Assembly: GCA_002299785.1 (NCBI GenBank)
Contig: DBNL01000101.1
Span: 1-47,978 of the forward strand
Direction: 5' to 3'
Length of the DNA stretch: 47,978 nucleotides
Origin: Verrucomicrobia bacterium UBA673
GTDB lineage: Bacteria; Verrucomicrobiota; Verrucomicrobiia; Limisphaerales; UBA1096
The translations under genes were made by a program, and so were the position numbers. The notes under the pieces were generated by a model. It had not been told where the DNA came from and did not search any database. It saw nothing but the letters and a program-made list of their open reading frames with translations. Shown here piece by piece: positions 17,322 to 25,822 of this stretch. The stretch's first letter is position 1. Each line of letters opens with the position of its first letter.

Positions 17322-19508
17322 ATGGATAAAAAACCAAGTACAGATCAGTCCTCCGACAAGCTCCATATTCTGGATTATTGGCGGATCATTCGCGTTCGGC
17401 TTGTAACCATCCTGCTCGTCTTTTTGCTTACCGCTGTGACGACCACCTTGGTGACACTCTTCATGCCCAAGACCTACATGAGCCTCTCCCGGATATCCAT
17501 CGAGAAGGATACATCGGATATTGCACCGTTGCTTGGCATGCAATCTGGGCCATCGGCATTCGACCCTTACTTCATCCAGACCGAGTTCGAGAAAATTCAA
17601 TCACAAATGGTCCTGGATAAGGTGGTTACCAAGTGCGAATTGACTGAAAAGTGGAAAGGCTTCAATGGCGGTAAGTCGTTGACGATGATTGAGGCCCGGA
17701 AAATCCTGAAAAAGGCGATTGATATTCGTCAGTTTCGGAACACTAGCATCATTGAGCTTCGGGCGTATGATCGGGAACCAGCGATGGCTCAAAAAATCGC
17801 CGATGCCCTTGCTGATGAATACCAGAACCACAGGACAGAGGCGCAGAAAGATCGGGTGGAATTGGGAATCAAGGCGCTCACAGGCAAGATGGATAAATAT
17901 AACGTAGATATTGCCGTAATGCAGGCCGACGTCGATAAACTGCGGGTAGACTTGGGCATTTCTGATGCCGCCGGTGAGGAAAGCTACTCGATCATCGAGC
18001 CGGAAATCGTACGTCGTTATGAATCCAGCTTAATCGACGCAAGGGGGGTTTACACATCAATGTCCACATTATTTGAGGGGCTCAAGTTACAGTCCCCCGA
18101 GGAACTGCGGGATTCCATATCGACGGCCTACCCCGACTCCCAGTTGGATGTCTTGATCCGCGAATTATATACCGGCCAGCAAACGTTGGCCAATAGTGGT
18201 ATCGACCTTGGGGTGGAGCACCCTAAGATAAAAGGATTGAAAAAGGTGGTAGCCACGCTTGAGCAACAGATTGAAGATCGAATTCAAGGCGTTCTTGCAG
18301 GACTGGAACTGAAGGTCAGCTCTGCTTTCGCTCAGGTGGAACAGCTACAGAGGGATGTCAGTGATGCAAAAAAACGGGAGTCCGACATGCGAGAGACAGG
18401 TCGGGAATACTTCGACAAAAAGCGGAAGTTGTCCAATACAACGCGCATTCGTGACACCATTCTGTTCCGGATCATGCAGGAGCAGGTGGACTTGGCGCTA
18501 CCCAAGGATTCCACCGTGGAAATAACCGATGTAGCGGATATGCCCTTGAAGGCAGTTCGGCCGAATATACCCCTGAACATCACGCTGGGAGTTGTGGTCG
18601 GCCTGATTCTGGGCGTGGGGTTGGCGTTTTTTATCGAGTATCTCGACACCAGCGTGAAGACGATTGATGACGTCGAGCGTGCCCTTGGGGCGGCAGTCCT
18701 CGGTGTCATTCCTCAAAACGTCGGATCCCTCCTGGAAGAAGGGGACGAAAGCCCCCACGCAGAGGCGTACAGGGTGCTGCGCACAAACATTCTTTTTGCT
18801 GGACGCAAGGACGAGAGCCAAACCACGTTCAGCGTGGTGAGTGGTGGTGCGGGCGAGGGCAAGACAACGACCATGTTCAATCTTGCAGTAGTCTTTGCGC
18901 AGATGGGGGATAGAATTCTGATTGTGGATTCCGACCTACGCCGTCCCTCAATGCACCGTTACATGAATGTGTCCAACAACATTGGACTGACCAACTACCT
19001 TTTGGGACAGGTCACCATCGATGAGGTCATCCAGACCACGGAATTACCGTCGCTCCATTTCATACCCAGTGGCAAGTTGCCCAGCAGTTCCATGGGCATC
19101 CTTAGTTCGGCCAAGATGAAGGAGTTCGTGACTGAAATGAAGAGCCGTTACGACTACGTGTTTTTGGACGCTCCACCCATCATGGGTGTGAGTGATGCTT
19201 CGGTTCTGGCCAGCATGGTAGACATGTGTGTGCTGGTGGTGCAGTATCGTAAATACCCGCAAATGATGACCCAACGCGCCAAGGAAATGGTGACTAAGGT
19301 TGGCGGCGAACTTGTGGGTGTCGTGCTCAACAACATCAATATTTCCCAAGATTCCTATTACTACTATTACAGCGGTTATTATTACGATAACTATTACAAG
19401 AGCCGTGAAAATGAGGGGTCCGCCGCCGATGGTGCCAGTAGCACGAAGAAAACCAAGCTTCTGGCGAGTGCCAAAACTGGTGGGGAAGATGAGAAGCCCA
19501 AGTATTAA
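17322..19508 (+). CDS. Polysaccharide co-polymerase / bacterial tyrosine autokinase (Wzc/GumC-type)
   Basis: 728 aa. Wzz-type N-terminus with a TM helix, a long periplasmic coiled coil, a second TM helix, then a BY-kinase domain. Kinase motifs: Walker A GGAGEGKTTT, Walker A' ILIVDSDLRRP, Walker B YVFLDAPP. C-terminal tyrosine cluster SYYYYYSGYYYDNYY. Confidence 0.9.
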   Translation: MDKKPSTDQSSDKLHILDYWRIIRVRLVTILLVFLLTAVTTTLVTLFMPKTYMSLSRISIEKDTSDIAPLLGMQSGPSAFDPYFIQTEFEKIQSQMVLDKVVTKCELTEKWKGFNGGKSLTMIEARKILKKAIDIRQFRNTSIIELRAYDREPAMAQKIADALADEYQNHRTEAQKDRVELGIKALTGKMDKYNVDIAVMQADVDKLRVDLGISDAAGEESYSIIEPEIVRRYESSLIDARGVYTSMSTLFEGLKLQSPEELRDSISTAYPDSQLDVLIRELYTGQQTLANSGIDLGVEHPKIKGLKKVVATLEQQIEDRIQGVLAGLELKVSSAFAQVEQLQRDVSDAKKRESDMRETGREYFDKKRKLSNTTRIRDTILFRIMQEQVDLALPKDSTVEITDVADMPLKAVRPNIPLNITLGVVVGLILGVGLAFFIEYLDTSVKTIDDVERALGAAVLGVIPQNVGSLLEEGDESPHAEAYRVLRTNILFAGRKDESQTTFSVVSGGAGEGKTTTMFNLAVVFAQMGDRILIVDSDLRRPSMHRYMNVSNNIGLTNYLLGQVTIDEVIQTTELPSLHFIPSGKLPSSSMGILSSAKMKEFVTEMKSRYDYVFLDAPPIMGVSDASVLASMVDMCVLVVQYRKYPQMMTQRAKEMVTKVGGELVGVVLNNINISQDSYYYYYSGYYYDNYYKSRENEGSAADGASSTKKTKLLASAKTGGEDEKPKY

Positions 19509-19543
19509 TTGGGAGGAGAATTCAGTTCGAGGGTTGATATAAA

Positions 19544-20170
19544 ATGGGTTTTGTTGATAACTTGATGAAATATGTTTTTAGAGCTTTATTGGTTGCGACC
19601 GTGCTGATGGCAGCTGGTTGCGAGACAACACGACCACGGCCGGTGGATCCAGTCGCTGTGACAAATGACGTGCCGGTTACTGTCAACTCCACGGACAGCC
19701 TTGAGCCCGGAAATCAAATCACCATCACTTTTAGCGGCCTGAATACGGTCCCGATTCCCTACAGTTGCCGCATCCGCGAGGATGGCACCATCAGTCCACC
19801 ATACCTGAATGAACCCGTTATTGCCGCTGGGAAAACAATCGGTGAACTCGAGCGGGAACTCGAGAAGGAGTACGTGCCCGCCATCTACAAGACGATTAAC
19901 GTTACCATCAGGACAGCCGACCGGTTCTTTTACGTCGGAGGGGAGGTTCGGCAGCCGAGTCGCCAGATTTTCATCGGTCGGATTACGGTTACCCAGGCAA
20001 TACAATCCGCTGGTGACTTCACCGATTTCGGGGATCAACGGGCGGTGCGAGTTATACGGGCCAGCGGCAAAGTGGACATTATCGATTGCAAGGCGGCTCT
20101 GGATGACCCAACAAGGGATTTGCCAGTTTATCCGGGTGATAACATTGTTGTGGGACGAAGGCTTTTTTGA
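19544..20170 (+). CDS. Polysaccharide export protein (Wza-like Poly_export + SLBB), lipoprotein
   Basis: 208 aa. Lipobox LMAAGC. The P..YR.G..D.L.I-like N-terminal region (LEPGNQITITFSG) and a GEV..PG-type beta-grasp segment (FYVGGEVRQPS) are typical of the family. An alternative start at 19565 (MKYVF) is possible. Confidence 0.8.
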   Translation: MGFVDNLMKYVFRALLVATVLMAAGCETTRPRPVDPVAVTNDVPVTVNSTDSLEPGNQITITFSGLNTVPIPYSCRIREDGTISPPYLNEPVIAAGKTIGELERELEKEYVPAIYKTINVTIRTADRFFYVGGEVRQPSRQIFIGRITVTQAIQSAGDFTDFGDQRAVRVIRASGKVDIIDCKAALDDPTRDLPVYPGDNIVVGRRLF

Positions 20171-20562
20171 AGATTCGACTTGAGAGAGTTGATGGCACAG
20201 CGGCGGGCAGTCCAATAGAGGCCAGCCGTTTCCCTTTTACGCTTGGCCAAGCGAAGAGTTGCGATTTACAGATCGTAGCAAAGGGCGTTTGGGATACACA
20301 CCTGATTTTGGACAATGCCGGCGAAAAAGGGATTACAGCCACCCCAATCTCCGACGCATTGATTATGATCAACGGCGTCTCCCAAGGCAAAACTGTTCGA
20401 TTGAAAGACGGCGACCTATTAGGATTGGGTGCGGCCAAGCTCCGATTTTGGCTGGCGCCGCTTGGGCAAACCGACCGCTCAGTATTTGATGCTTTGATTT
20501 GGATCGCCTTGCTCTTGTTGGGCCTGGGTCAGGTGGCAGCGATTGCCTGGCTTCTTAAATAA
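20167..20562 (+). CDS. FHA-domain protein with a C-terminal TM anchor
   Basis: 131 aa. The TTG start overlaps the wza-like stop (TTGA). FHA-like pattern: FPFTLGQAKSCDLQI...VWDTHLIL...NGVSQGKTVRLKDGDLLGLGAAKLRF. One C-terminal hydrophobic helix. Confidence 0.65.
   Translation: MKIRLERVDGTAAGSPIEASRFPFTLGQAKSCDLQIVAKGVWDTHLILDNAGEKGITATPISDALIMINGVSQGKTVRLKDGDLLGLGAAKLRFWLAPLGQTDRSVFDALIWIALLLLGLGQVAAIAWLLK
20240..20253. repeat. Perfect 14-mer CGCTTGGCCAAGCG (inside the FHA gene, read as TLGQA)
   Basis: Read directly from the sequence. Confidence 0.95.
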
Positions 20563-20760
20563 GACTTTACAAGTAATTTGTATCCATTGGTTTAAGGCGT
20601 ATTAAATAACGAATAAACGGTGGTTTTATACTAAAAAATGAATAGTCGATTGACAGTCGAATTTAATCATGAGAAAATATAGTTGTGTCTTGCGTAACTA
20701 GCAGGACTACTTCTTGAGTCATGAGGTGAAGTGTTTCTTCACCTGATTGAGGTTAACGGA

Positions 20761-22893
20761 ATGGCAAAAGCAAAAACCAAAAAAAACGTAGTCAAAAAAA
20801 CAGCCACAAAGAAGGCACTGGCCAAAAAGGTCAAAAAACCCGCGCAATCCAAGGCGACTGGCGCGAAGAAAAAAACAGCCGCCAAAAAAACAGCAAAACC
20901 ACCGGCCAAAAAACCGGTCAGTAAGGTAGTCAAAAAACCAGCAGCCAAAAAGGCTTCGCCGAAAAAAACCGCTCCAAAAGCGACTTCAAAAAAGAAGGTA
21001 CCGTCCAAGAAAGTAATAGCGAAAAAGGCTCCTGCCAAGAAACCGGTTGCCAAGAAACCGGTTGCCAAGAAACCGGTCAAGCCGGCTTCCAAGTCTCCGA
21101 TCCAAAAAACCACGCCTAAGAAAGCGGGAAAGAAACCTCCGCCCAAGGAAAACAAGGCCAAGGAAAAGGTTATTTCTCTGCCAGTTGATGAAAGGGATGA
21201 GAGTGCCAACCGAGGAGAGTTGGTCGATGAATTGCCTGTGGAGCCGGATTTCACCAAGGACGAGGAATTCAACTTAAAGGAAAAGATCAAAGAGTTGGTG
21301 CACTTGGCCCAAGATCAAGGTCACCTGACCATTTCCGACATCAATGAGGCTCTACCCAAGGATTTGGTTACTCCCGAGAAACTGGATGAGGTTTTCGCCA
21401 AGTTAAAAAGTCTTGATGTGGAGATTGTCGAGCAGTTGGATTCGGCACCGCGCCAAAAGCCGGTCGAGTCGGCGAGCGAGGCCGAAAAAAGCCGGCTGGA
21501 CATTCTGGACGATCCGGTTCGCATGTACCTCAAGCAGATGGGGCAGGTGCCGCTGTTAACCCGTGAGCAGGAGGTGGAGATTTCCAAGCGAATTGAGGCT
21601 GCCGAACTTGAGGTTAAGCGCATCCTTTACAGTTTGGGCTTCACCGCAAAGGAGCATATTGCTCTGGCCGAAAAGCTGACAGCCGATCCCCCCAAGGAAC
21701 GGTTCGACCGGGTTACGGTCGACAAGGTCATCGAGACCCGAGAAAAACACATCAAAGCGCTTCATCGTCTCATCAAAAAAGTGAGGGATGAGGACAGCGA
21801 AGTGGACAAAAAATATCTGGCTTGGCGCCGTGCCCCTAAAGCCAAGTCGAAGAAGGCATGCGCAGTCTTCCTGCAACTGAACGACAAGTTGCAGAAATAC
21901 TTCCCGAAGTTTTTGTTTAAACAAAAGGTCATCGAAGAAATGGGACTGGTTGCGGATAACATCCACGACAAAATACAGCAGAACCTCCAAGCCATCGAGC
22001 AGTTGAAAAAGGCTTCAAAGTCGTCCCAAACCGATATGATGCTCAGGGGAGAGGAAGGTAAGCTCACAGCCCTCGAGGCATTCGTCCGGAAGCCGGCAGA
22101 AGAATATCTCACGACCTACGAGGAGCTTCAGCACTTCGCCCGCAAGGCGCATCAGGCTAAGAGCGAAATGATCGAGGCCAACCTTCGCCTCGTCATTTCC
22201 ATCGCCAAGAAATACACCAACCGCGGACTTTCCTTCCTCGATCTCATCCAGGAGGGTAACGTCGGCTTGATGAAAGCGGTTGAGAAGTTCGAATACCGCC
22301 GCGGCTACAAGTTCTCCACCTACGCCACGTGGTGGATTCGGCAGGCGATCACACGCTCGATCGCCGACCAGGCTCGCACCATCCGCATCCCTGTGCACAT
22401 GATCGAAACGATCAACAAGCTGATGCGCGTTCAGAAGCAGCTAGTGCAGCAATTCGGGCGCGAAGCCACCCCGGAGGAAATCGCCGTTGTGATGGAACTG
22501 ACCGTCGAGCGGGTGCGTCAGATCATGAAAATGGCGCAGCAGCCCATCTCGCTGCAGGCTCCTGTCGGCGACAGCGAGGACACGAGCTTCGGCGACTTCA
22601 TTGAGGATAAGAGTGCCGAGAACCCGACTGACATGGCGAGCTACGCCCTGTTAAAGGACCGGCTTGGCGACGTGCTGACTTCTCTCACCGAGCGCGAGCG
22701 CAAAGTGCTCGAGCTGCGCTTTGGCCTGGCCGACGGCTACTCCCGCACCCTCGAGGAGGTGGGCAAACAGTTCAAGGTCACCCGCGAGCGCATCCGTCAA
22801 ATCGAGGCCAAGGCCCTTCGGAAAATGCGCCATCCGACGCGTATCCGGCAGTTGTCCGGCTTTCTCGAGCGGGAAGAGTTTCTCGCCACATAA
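20761..22893 (+). CDS. rpoD: Primary RNA polymerase sigma factor RpoD with a Lys/Ala/Pro-rich N-terminal extension
   Basis: Region 1.2 [11 protein letters not shown], region 2 [58 protein letters not shown], plus regions 3 and 4 ([28 protein letters not shown]). I prefer the ATG at 20761, which has GAGG 8 nt upstream, over the GTG at 20731. Confidence 0.95.
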   Translation: MAKAKTKKNVVKKTATKKALAKKVKKPAQSKATGAKKKTAAKKTAKPPAKKPVSKVVKKPAAKKASPKKTAPKATSKKKVPSKKVIAKKAPAKKPVAKKPVAKKPVKPASKSPIQKTTPKKAGKKPPPKENKAKEKVISLPVDERDESANRGELVDELPVEPDFTKDEEFNLKEKIKELVHLAQDQGHLTISDINEALPKDLVTPEKLDEVFAKLKSLDVEIVEQLDSAPRQKPVESASEAEKSRLDILDDPVRMYLKQMGQVPLLTREQEVEISKRIEAAELEVKRILYSLGFTAKEHIALAEKLTADPPKERFDRVTVDKVIETREKHIKALHRLIKKVRDEDSEVDKKYLAWRRAPKAKSKKACAVFLQLNDKLQKYFPKFLFKQKVIEEMGLVADNIHDKIQQNLQAIEQLKKASKSSQTDMMLRGEEGKLTALEAFVRKPAEEYLTTYEELQHFARKAHQAKSEMIEANLRLVISIAKKYTNRGLSFLDLIQEGNVGLMKAVEKFEYRRGYKFSTYATWWIRQAITRSIADQARTIRIPVHMIETINKLMRVQKQLVQQFGREATPEEIAVVMELTVERVRQIMKMAQQPISLQAPVGDSEDTSFGDFIEDKSAENPTDMASYALLKDRLGDVLTSLTERERKVLELRFGLADGYSRTLEEVGKQFKVTRERIRQIEAKALRKMRHPTRIRQLSGFLEREEFLAT
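21034..21078 (+). repeat. 3 x 15-bp tandem repeat GCCAAGAAACCGGTT (third unit ends C), encoding (AKKPV)3 in the rpoD tail
   Basis: Read directly from the sequence: units at 21034, 21049 and 21064. Confidence 0.85.
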
Positions 22894-22907
22894 GCTGAAA
22901 CCACTAA

Positions 22908-22934
22908 AAGCCCTTTCACTGGAAGGGCTTTTTT
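22908..22934 (+). terminator. Rho-independent terminator of rpoD
   Basis: 8-bp stem AAGCCCTT / AAGGGCTT with a 7-nt loop. The stem runs into a 6-nt T run (TTTTTT, 22929..22934). Starts 15 nt after the rpoD stop. Confidence 0.8.
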
Positions 22935-22956
22935 GTGTCCCCTTGGGAAAGCGCAC

Positions 22957-23661
22957 GTGGAGAATATAAACGACATCCCCCGATTCGAAGAACTGTTTGG
23001 GTTTGGTAAAACTGAGCACGCGAGCATGTTTGACTCACTTGGCCAACCGTGGGAGATGCTATCGCGAATCGGAGCCTATCTGCGCGACACACTTGAGCCT
23101 CGGCAGCTTGGCCAGGTGCACAGCCAGGCGGTGATCGAGGGCGACGTGTTTATTGGCGAAGGGACATTGATCGAGGCCGGTGCGCTGATCTGCGGCCCGG
23201 TTTGGATTGGGGAAAACTGCCGCATCGGCCACGGCGCAACGCTGCGCGGCAACGTCATCGTTGGCGACGGCTGCGTCGTCGGCCACGCCGCCGAGCTGAA
23301 AAACTCGCTGCTCTTTAGCGGCTGCGACGTGCCGCACTTTAACTACGTCGGCGACTCAGTGCTAGGCCACAGCGTCCATCTTGGCGCCGGAGTGATGCTC
23401 TCCAACTACCGGCTCATCCGAGGCAACGTAACCGTCCGCGCTGCTTCAGGTTCGGTGGACAGCGGCTTAGCTAAGTTCGGCGCGTTGATCGGCGATCGAA
23501 CCGAGATCGGCTGTAACACGGTTCTCAACCCTGGCACGATCATTGGCCGTGACTGCGTGCTGTACCCGAACGTCAACTTCACCGGTGTGCTGCCGGCCGG
23601 ACGTTTGGTCAAAAATAAAACTGAGTTGGCCATCATCGAAAAACGGGAGGTCGACGAGTGA
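22957..23661 (+). CDS. Left-handed beta-helix (hexapeptide-repeat) transferase-like protein
   Basis: Repeated [LIV]G..xx hexapeptides throughout (VIEGDVFIGEGTLIEAGALICGPVWIGENCRIGHGATLRGNVIVGDGCVVGH...). I chose the GTG at 22957 because it lies downstream of the rpoD terminator and keeps the conserved-looking FEELFGFGKTEHASMFD N-terminus. The track ORF starts at a TTG at 22933, inside the terminator. Confidence 0.7.
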   Translation: MENINDIPRFEELFGFGKTEHASMFDSLGQPWEMLSRIGAYLRDTLEPRQLGQVHSQAVIEGDVFIGEGTLIEAGALICGPVWIGENCRIGHGATLRGNVIVGDGCVVGHAAELKNSLLFSGCDVPHFNYVGDSVLGHSVHLGAGVMLSNYRLIRGNVTVRAASGSVDSGLAKFGALIGDRTEIGCNTVLNPGTIIGRDCVLYPNVNFTGVLPAGRLVKNKTELAIIEKREVDE

Positions 23662-25760
23662 TCAGCTTCGTGGATGAAGAACAGGGTGCTGGCTTGGACT
23701 TGGTCGCCGAGACTGAGACGTTTTTTTCCGACAGCGGCCTATTGTCGAAGGCCAGGAATTTCGAGTTCCGCCGCGAGCAACAGCAGATGGCCGTGGCTGT
23801 GGCCAAGGCATTGAAGGGCAATGAGCATCTCATCGTCGAGGCCGGCACCGGCGTTGGTAAAAGCCTAGCCTATCTCATCCCGGCTATTCTTCACGCGGTT
23901 GGCCAAAATAAAAAAGCCGTCATCTCCACACACACGATCAATTTGCAGGAGCAGTTGACCGAGAAGGATCTGCCGATGCTCAGACAGGTTTTGCCGGTCG
24001 AGTTTTCGTTCACAATGCTAAAGGGCAGGGGCAACTACCTATGCACGCGGCGACTCCAGCGTGCGCGACATCAGGCGACGACACTTTTGACCTCCACCGA
24101 AATGGAGGAACTCAAGCGCATCACCGAGTGGGCAAAGAAGACAACCGACGGCAGCCTGTCCGATTTCGACATCACGCCAGACGCGAAGGTATGGGACCTA
24201 GTCAACTCCGAGCGCGGGCTTTGCTCGGCGAAACTCTGCGGCCACGGCTCTGACATCGCCAAGATGGGACAGACCTGTTTTTTCCAGCGTGCGCGCAGCA
24301 GGATTCTTTCCGCCGATGTGCTGGTGCTGAACCACTCTCTGTTTTTTAGTTTGCTCGACGACGACGGCCGCGAAGACGACGAACCGAACAAGGACGCAGG
24401 TGTGCTGTTTAAGAACGATTTTGTGATCCTCGACGAGGCTCACAATGTAAGCTCGGTCGCCTCAAGGCACATGGGCTTGAGCGTCTCGAGCGGCCAAGTG
24501 CGGTTCAATCTTCAGCGGCTCTGGAATCCCAAGACCGGCAAAGGTTTATTGGGGCTACTTCGCGAGGCCAATGCAACCCGGAACGTTGAGGACGCCTCTG
24601 CGGCGATGGAGCAATTCTTCGGTGAACTCGAGGTGGCCTGCGACGAACTCAACGAGGGGCAGGCCAAGGCTAGCAAATTTGGTGGTAATAGAAACCGCAT
24701 GTGGAAGGAACTACGCGTGCGCAACCCGGGCCTGATCGACGATACGTTGACGTTGCCGCTTCAGCGCGTGCGCGAGGCATTGGTGCAGGCGCGAGATGGC
24801 ACCGACGACGCCGACACCGGGCAGGAGTTGGCCGAGTTCAACCGGCGTGTTGGCGAGCTTCGCGACGGTGTGAAGCTGTTTCTCTCGCAGGAGTCGGAGG
24901 AGCACGTTTACTGGGTGGAAAAGTCAGGCAAGGCCGGAACGATTCTGTCGCTAAACGCCGCGCCGGTGGATGTCGCGGTACACCTGCGACGTCGGTTGTT
25001 CCGATGTAACTCGCCGGTGGTGCTGACCAGCGCTACGCTGGCCCTGAGCGATTCCACCTCGGCTAAGGCCGGTGCTAGCGACAAAAACGGACTAGACTAT
25101 TTCGCCGGCCAAATTGGTGCGGAGCAGGTCAAAAAGCTGCAGGTTGGATCGCCCTTCGACTACGAGCGGCAGATGAAACTGTTCATCGCCGGCAAAATGC
25201 CGGACCCGCGCGAACCTGAATTCCGCGACGCTCTGGCCGGGCAGCTTCGCCATGTTATCAAGTTGAGCGAGGGCCGCGCTTTTGTGCTATTCACCAACTT
25301 CAAGCTGATGCGCGAGGTGGCGGAGGAACTCGAGGGATTCTTCGCCGATCACGGCTGGGACTGTTTGGTTCAGGGCACCGGCGTGCCGCGCTCGACCATG
25401 CTCGAGCGATTCAAGCGCGACGAGCATTCGGTATTGTTCGGTACGGACAGCTTTTGGCAGGGCGTCGATGTGCCGGGGGATGCGCTGCGCAATGTCATCA
25501 TCACACGACTGCCGTTCGCCGTGCCGGATCATCCGCTGGTCGAGGCGAAGATCGAGGCGATCGAGGCCCGCAATGGCAACCCGTTCATGGAGTTTTCGCT
25601 ACCAGTTGCTGTGCTGAAATTCCGGCAGGGTGTTGGCCGGCTCATTCGCACCAAGAGCGATGAGGGCATCGTCGTGGTGCTCGACAGCCGCGTGCTGACC
25701 AAGCGTTACGGTCAAATTTTCCTCGATTCCCTCCCCAAGTGCCCAACAGAAATCGTGTGA
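23658..25760 (+). CDS. DinG/XPD-like (Rad3-related) ATP-dependent DNA helicase
   Basis: 700 aa. Walker A EAGTGVGKSLAYLIPA, DEAH box ILDEAHN, and four Cys spaced as an Fe-S domain (NYLC...GLCSAKLC...QTC). C-terminal helicase motifs (FWQGVDVPG, RQGVGRLIR). The GTG start overlaps the previous stop (GTGA). Confidence 0.85.
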   Translation: MISFVDEEQGAGLDLVAETETFFSDSGLLSKARNFEFRREQQQMAVAVAKALKGNEHLIVEAGTGVGKSLAYLIPAILHAVGQNKKAVISTHTINLQEQLTEKDLPMLRQVLPVEFSFTMLKGRGNYLCTRRLQRARHQATTLLTSTEMEELKRITEWAKKTTDGSLSDFDITPDAKVWDLVNSERGLCSAKLCGHGSDIAKMGQTCFFQRARSRILSADVLVLNHSLFFSLLDDDGREDDEPNKDAGVLFKNDFVILDEAHNVSSVASRHMGLSVSSGQVRFNLQRLWNPKTGKGLLGLLREANATRNVEDASAAMEQFFGELEVACDELNEGQAKASKFGGNRNRMWKELRVRNPGLIDDTLTLPLQRVREALVQARDGTDDADTGQELAEFNRRVGELRDGVKLFLSQESEEHVYWVEKSGKAGTILSLNAAPVDVAVHLRRRLFRCNSPVVLTSATLALSDSTSAKAGASDKNGLDYFAGQIGAEQVKKLQVGSPFDYERQMKLFIAGKMPDPREPEFRDALAGQLRHVIKLSEGRAFVLFTNFKLMREVAEELEGFFADHGWDCLVQGTGVPRSTMLERFKRDEHSVLFGTDSFWQGVDVPGDALRNVIITRLPFAVPDHPLVEAKIEAIEARNGNPFMEFSLPVAVLKFRQGVGRLIRTKSDEGIVVVLDSRVLTKRYGQIFLDSLPKCPTEIV

Positions 25761-25822
25761 TTTCTCCCCTTCTGGAGTTCGTTCATTGAACAAATGTCGC
25801 CCGGGTGGCATCCTAAACCGCG

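Noticed and set aside
19586-21290. Minus-strand ORFs 19586..20215 (209 aa) and 20739..21290 (183 aa)
   Set aside because: The first is antisense to the wza-like gene. The second is the antisense reading (FLA/GFL repeats) of the low-complexity Lys/Ala/Pro tail of rpoD.
15264-23038. Motif-poor stretches (for example 15264..18185, 20251..23038, 25913..30015, 42314..46168) as signs of horizontally acquired islands
   Set aside because: With a mean spacing of about 1.3 kb, a few gaps of 3 to 4 kb are expected by chance. Several of these gaps contain core genes (rpoD, pssA) and degenerate motif copies. Only the export cluster and the ydcF-like gene also look compositionally different, and I cannot quantify that by eye.
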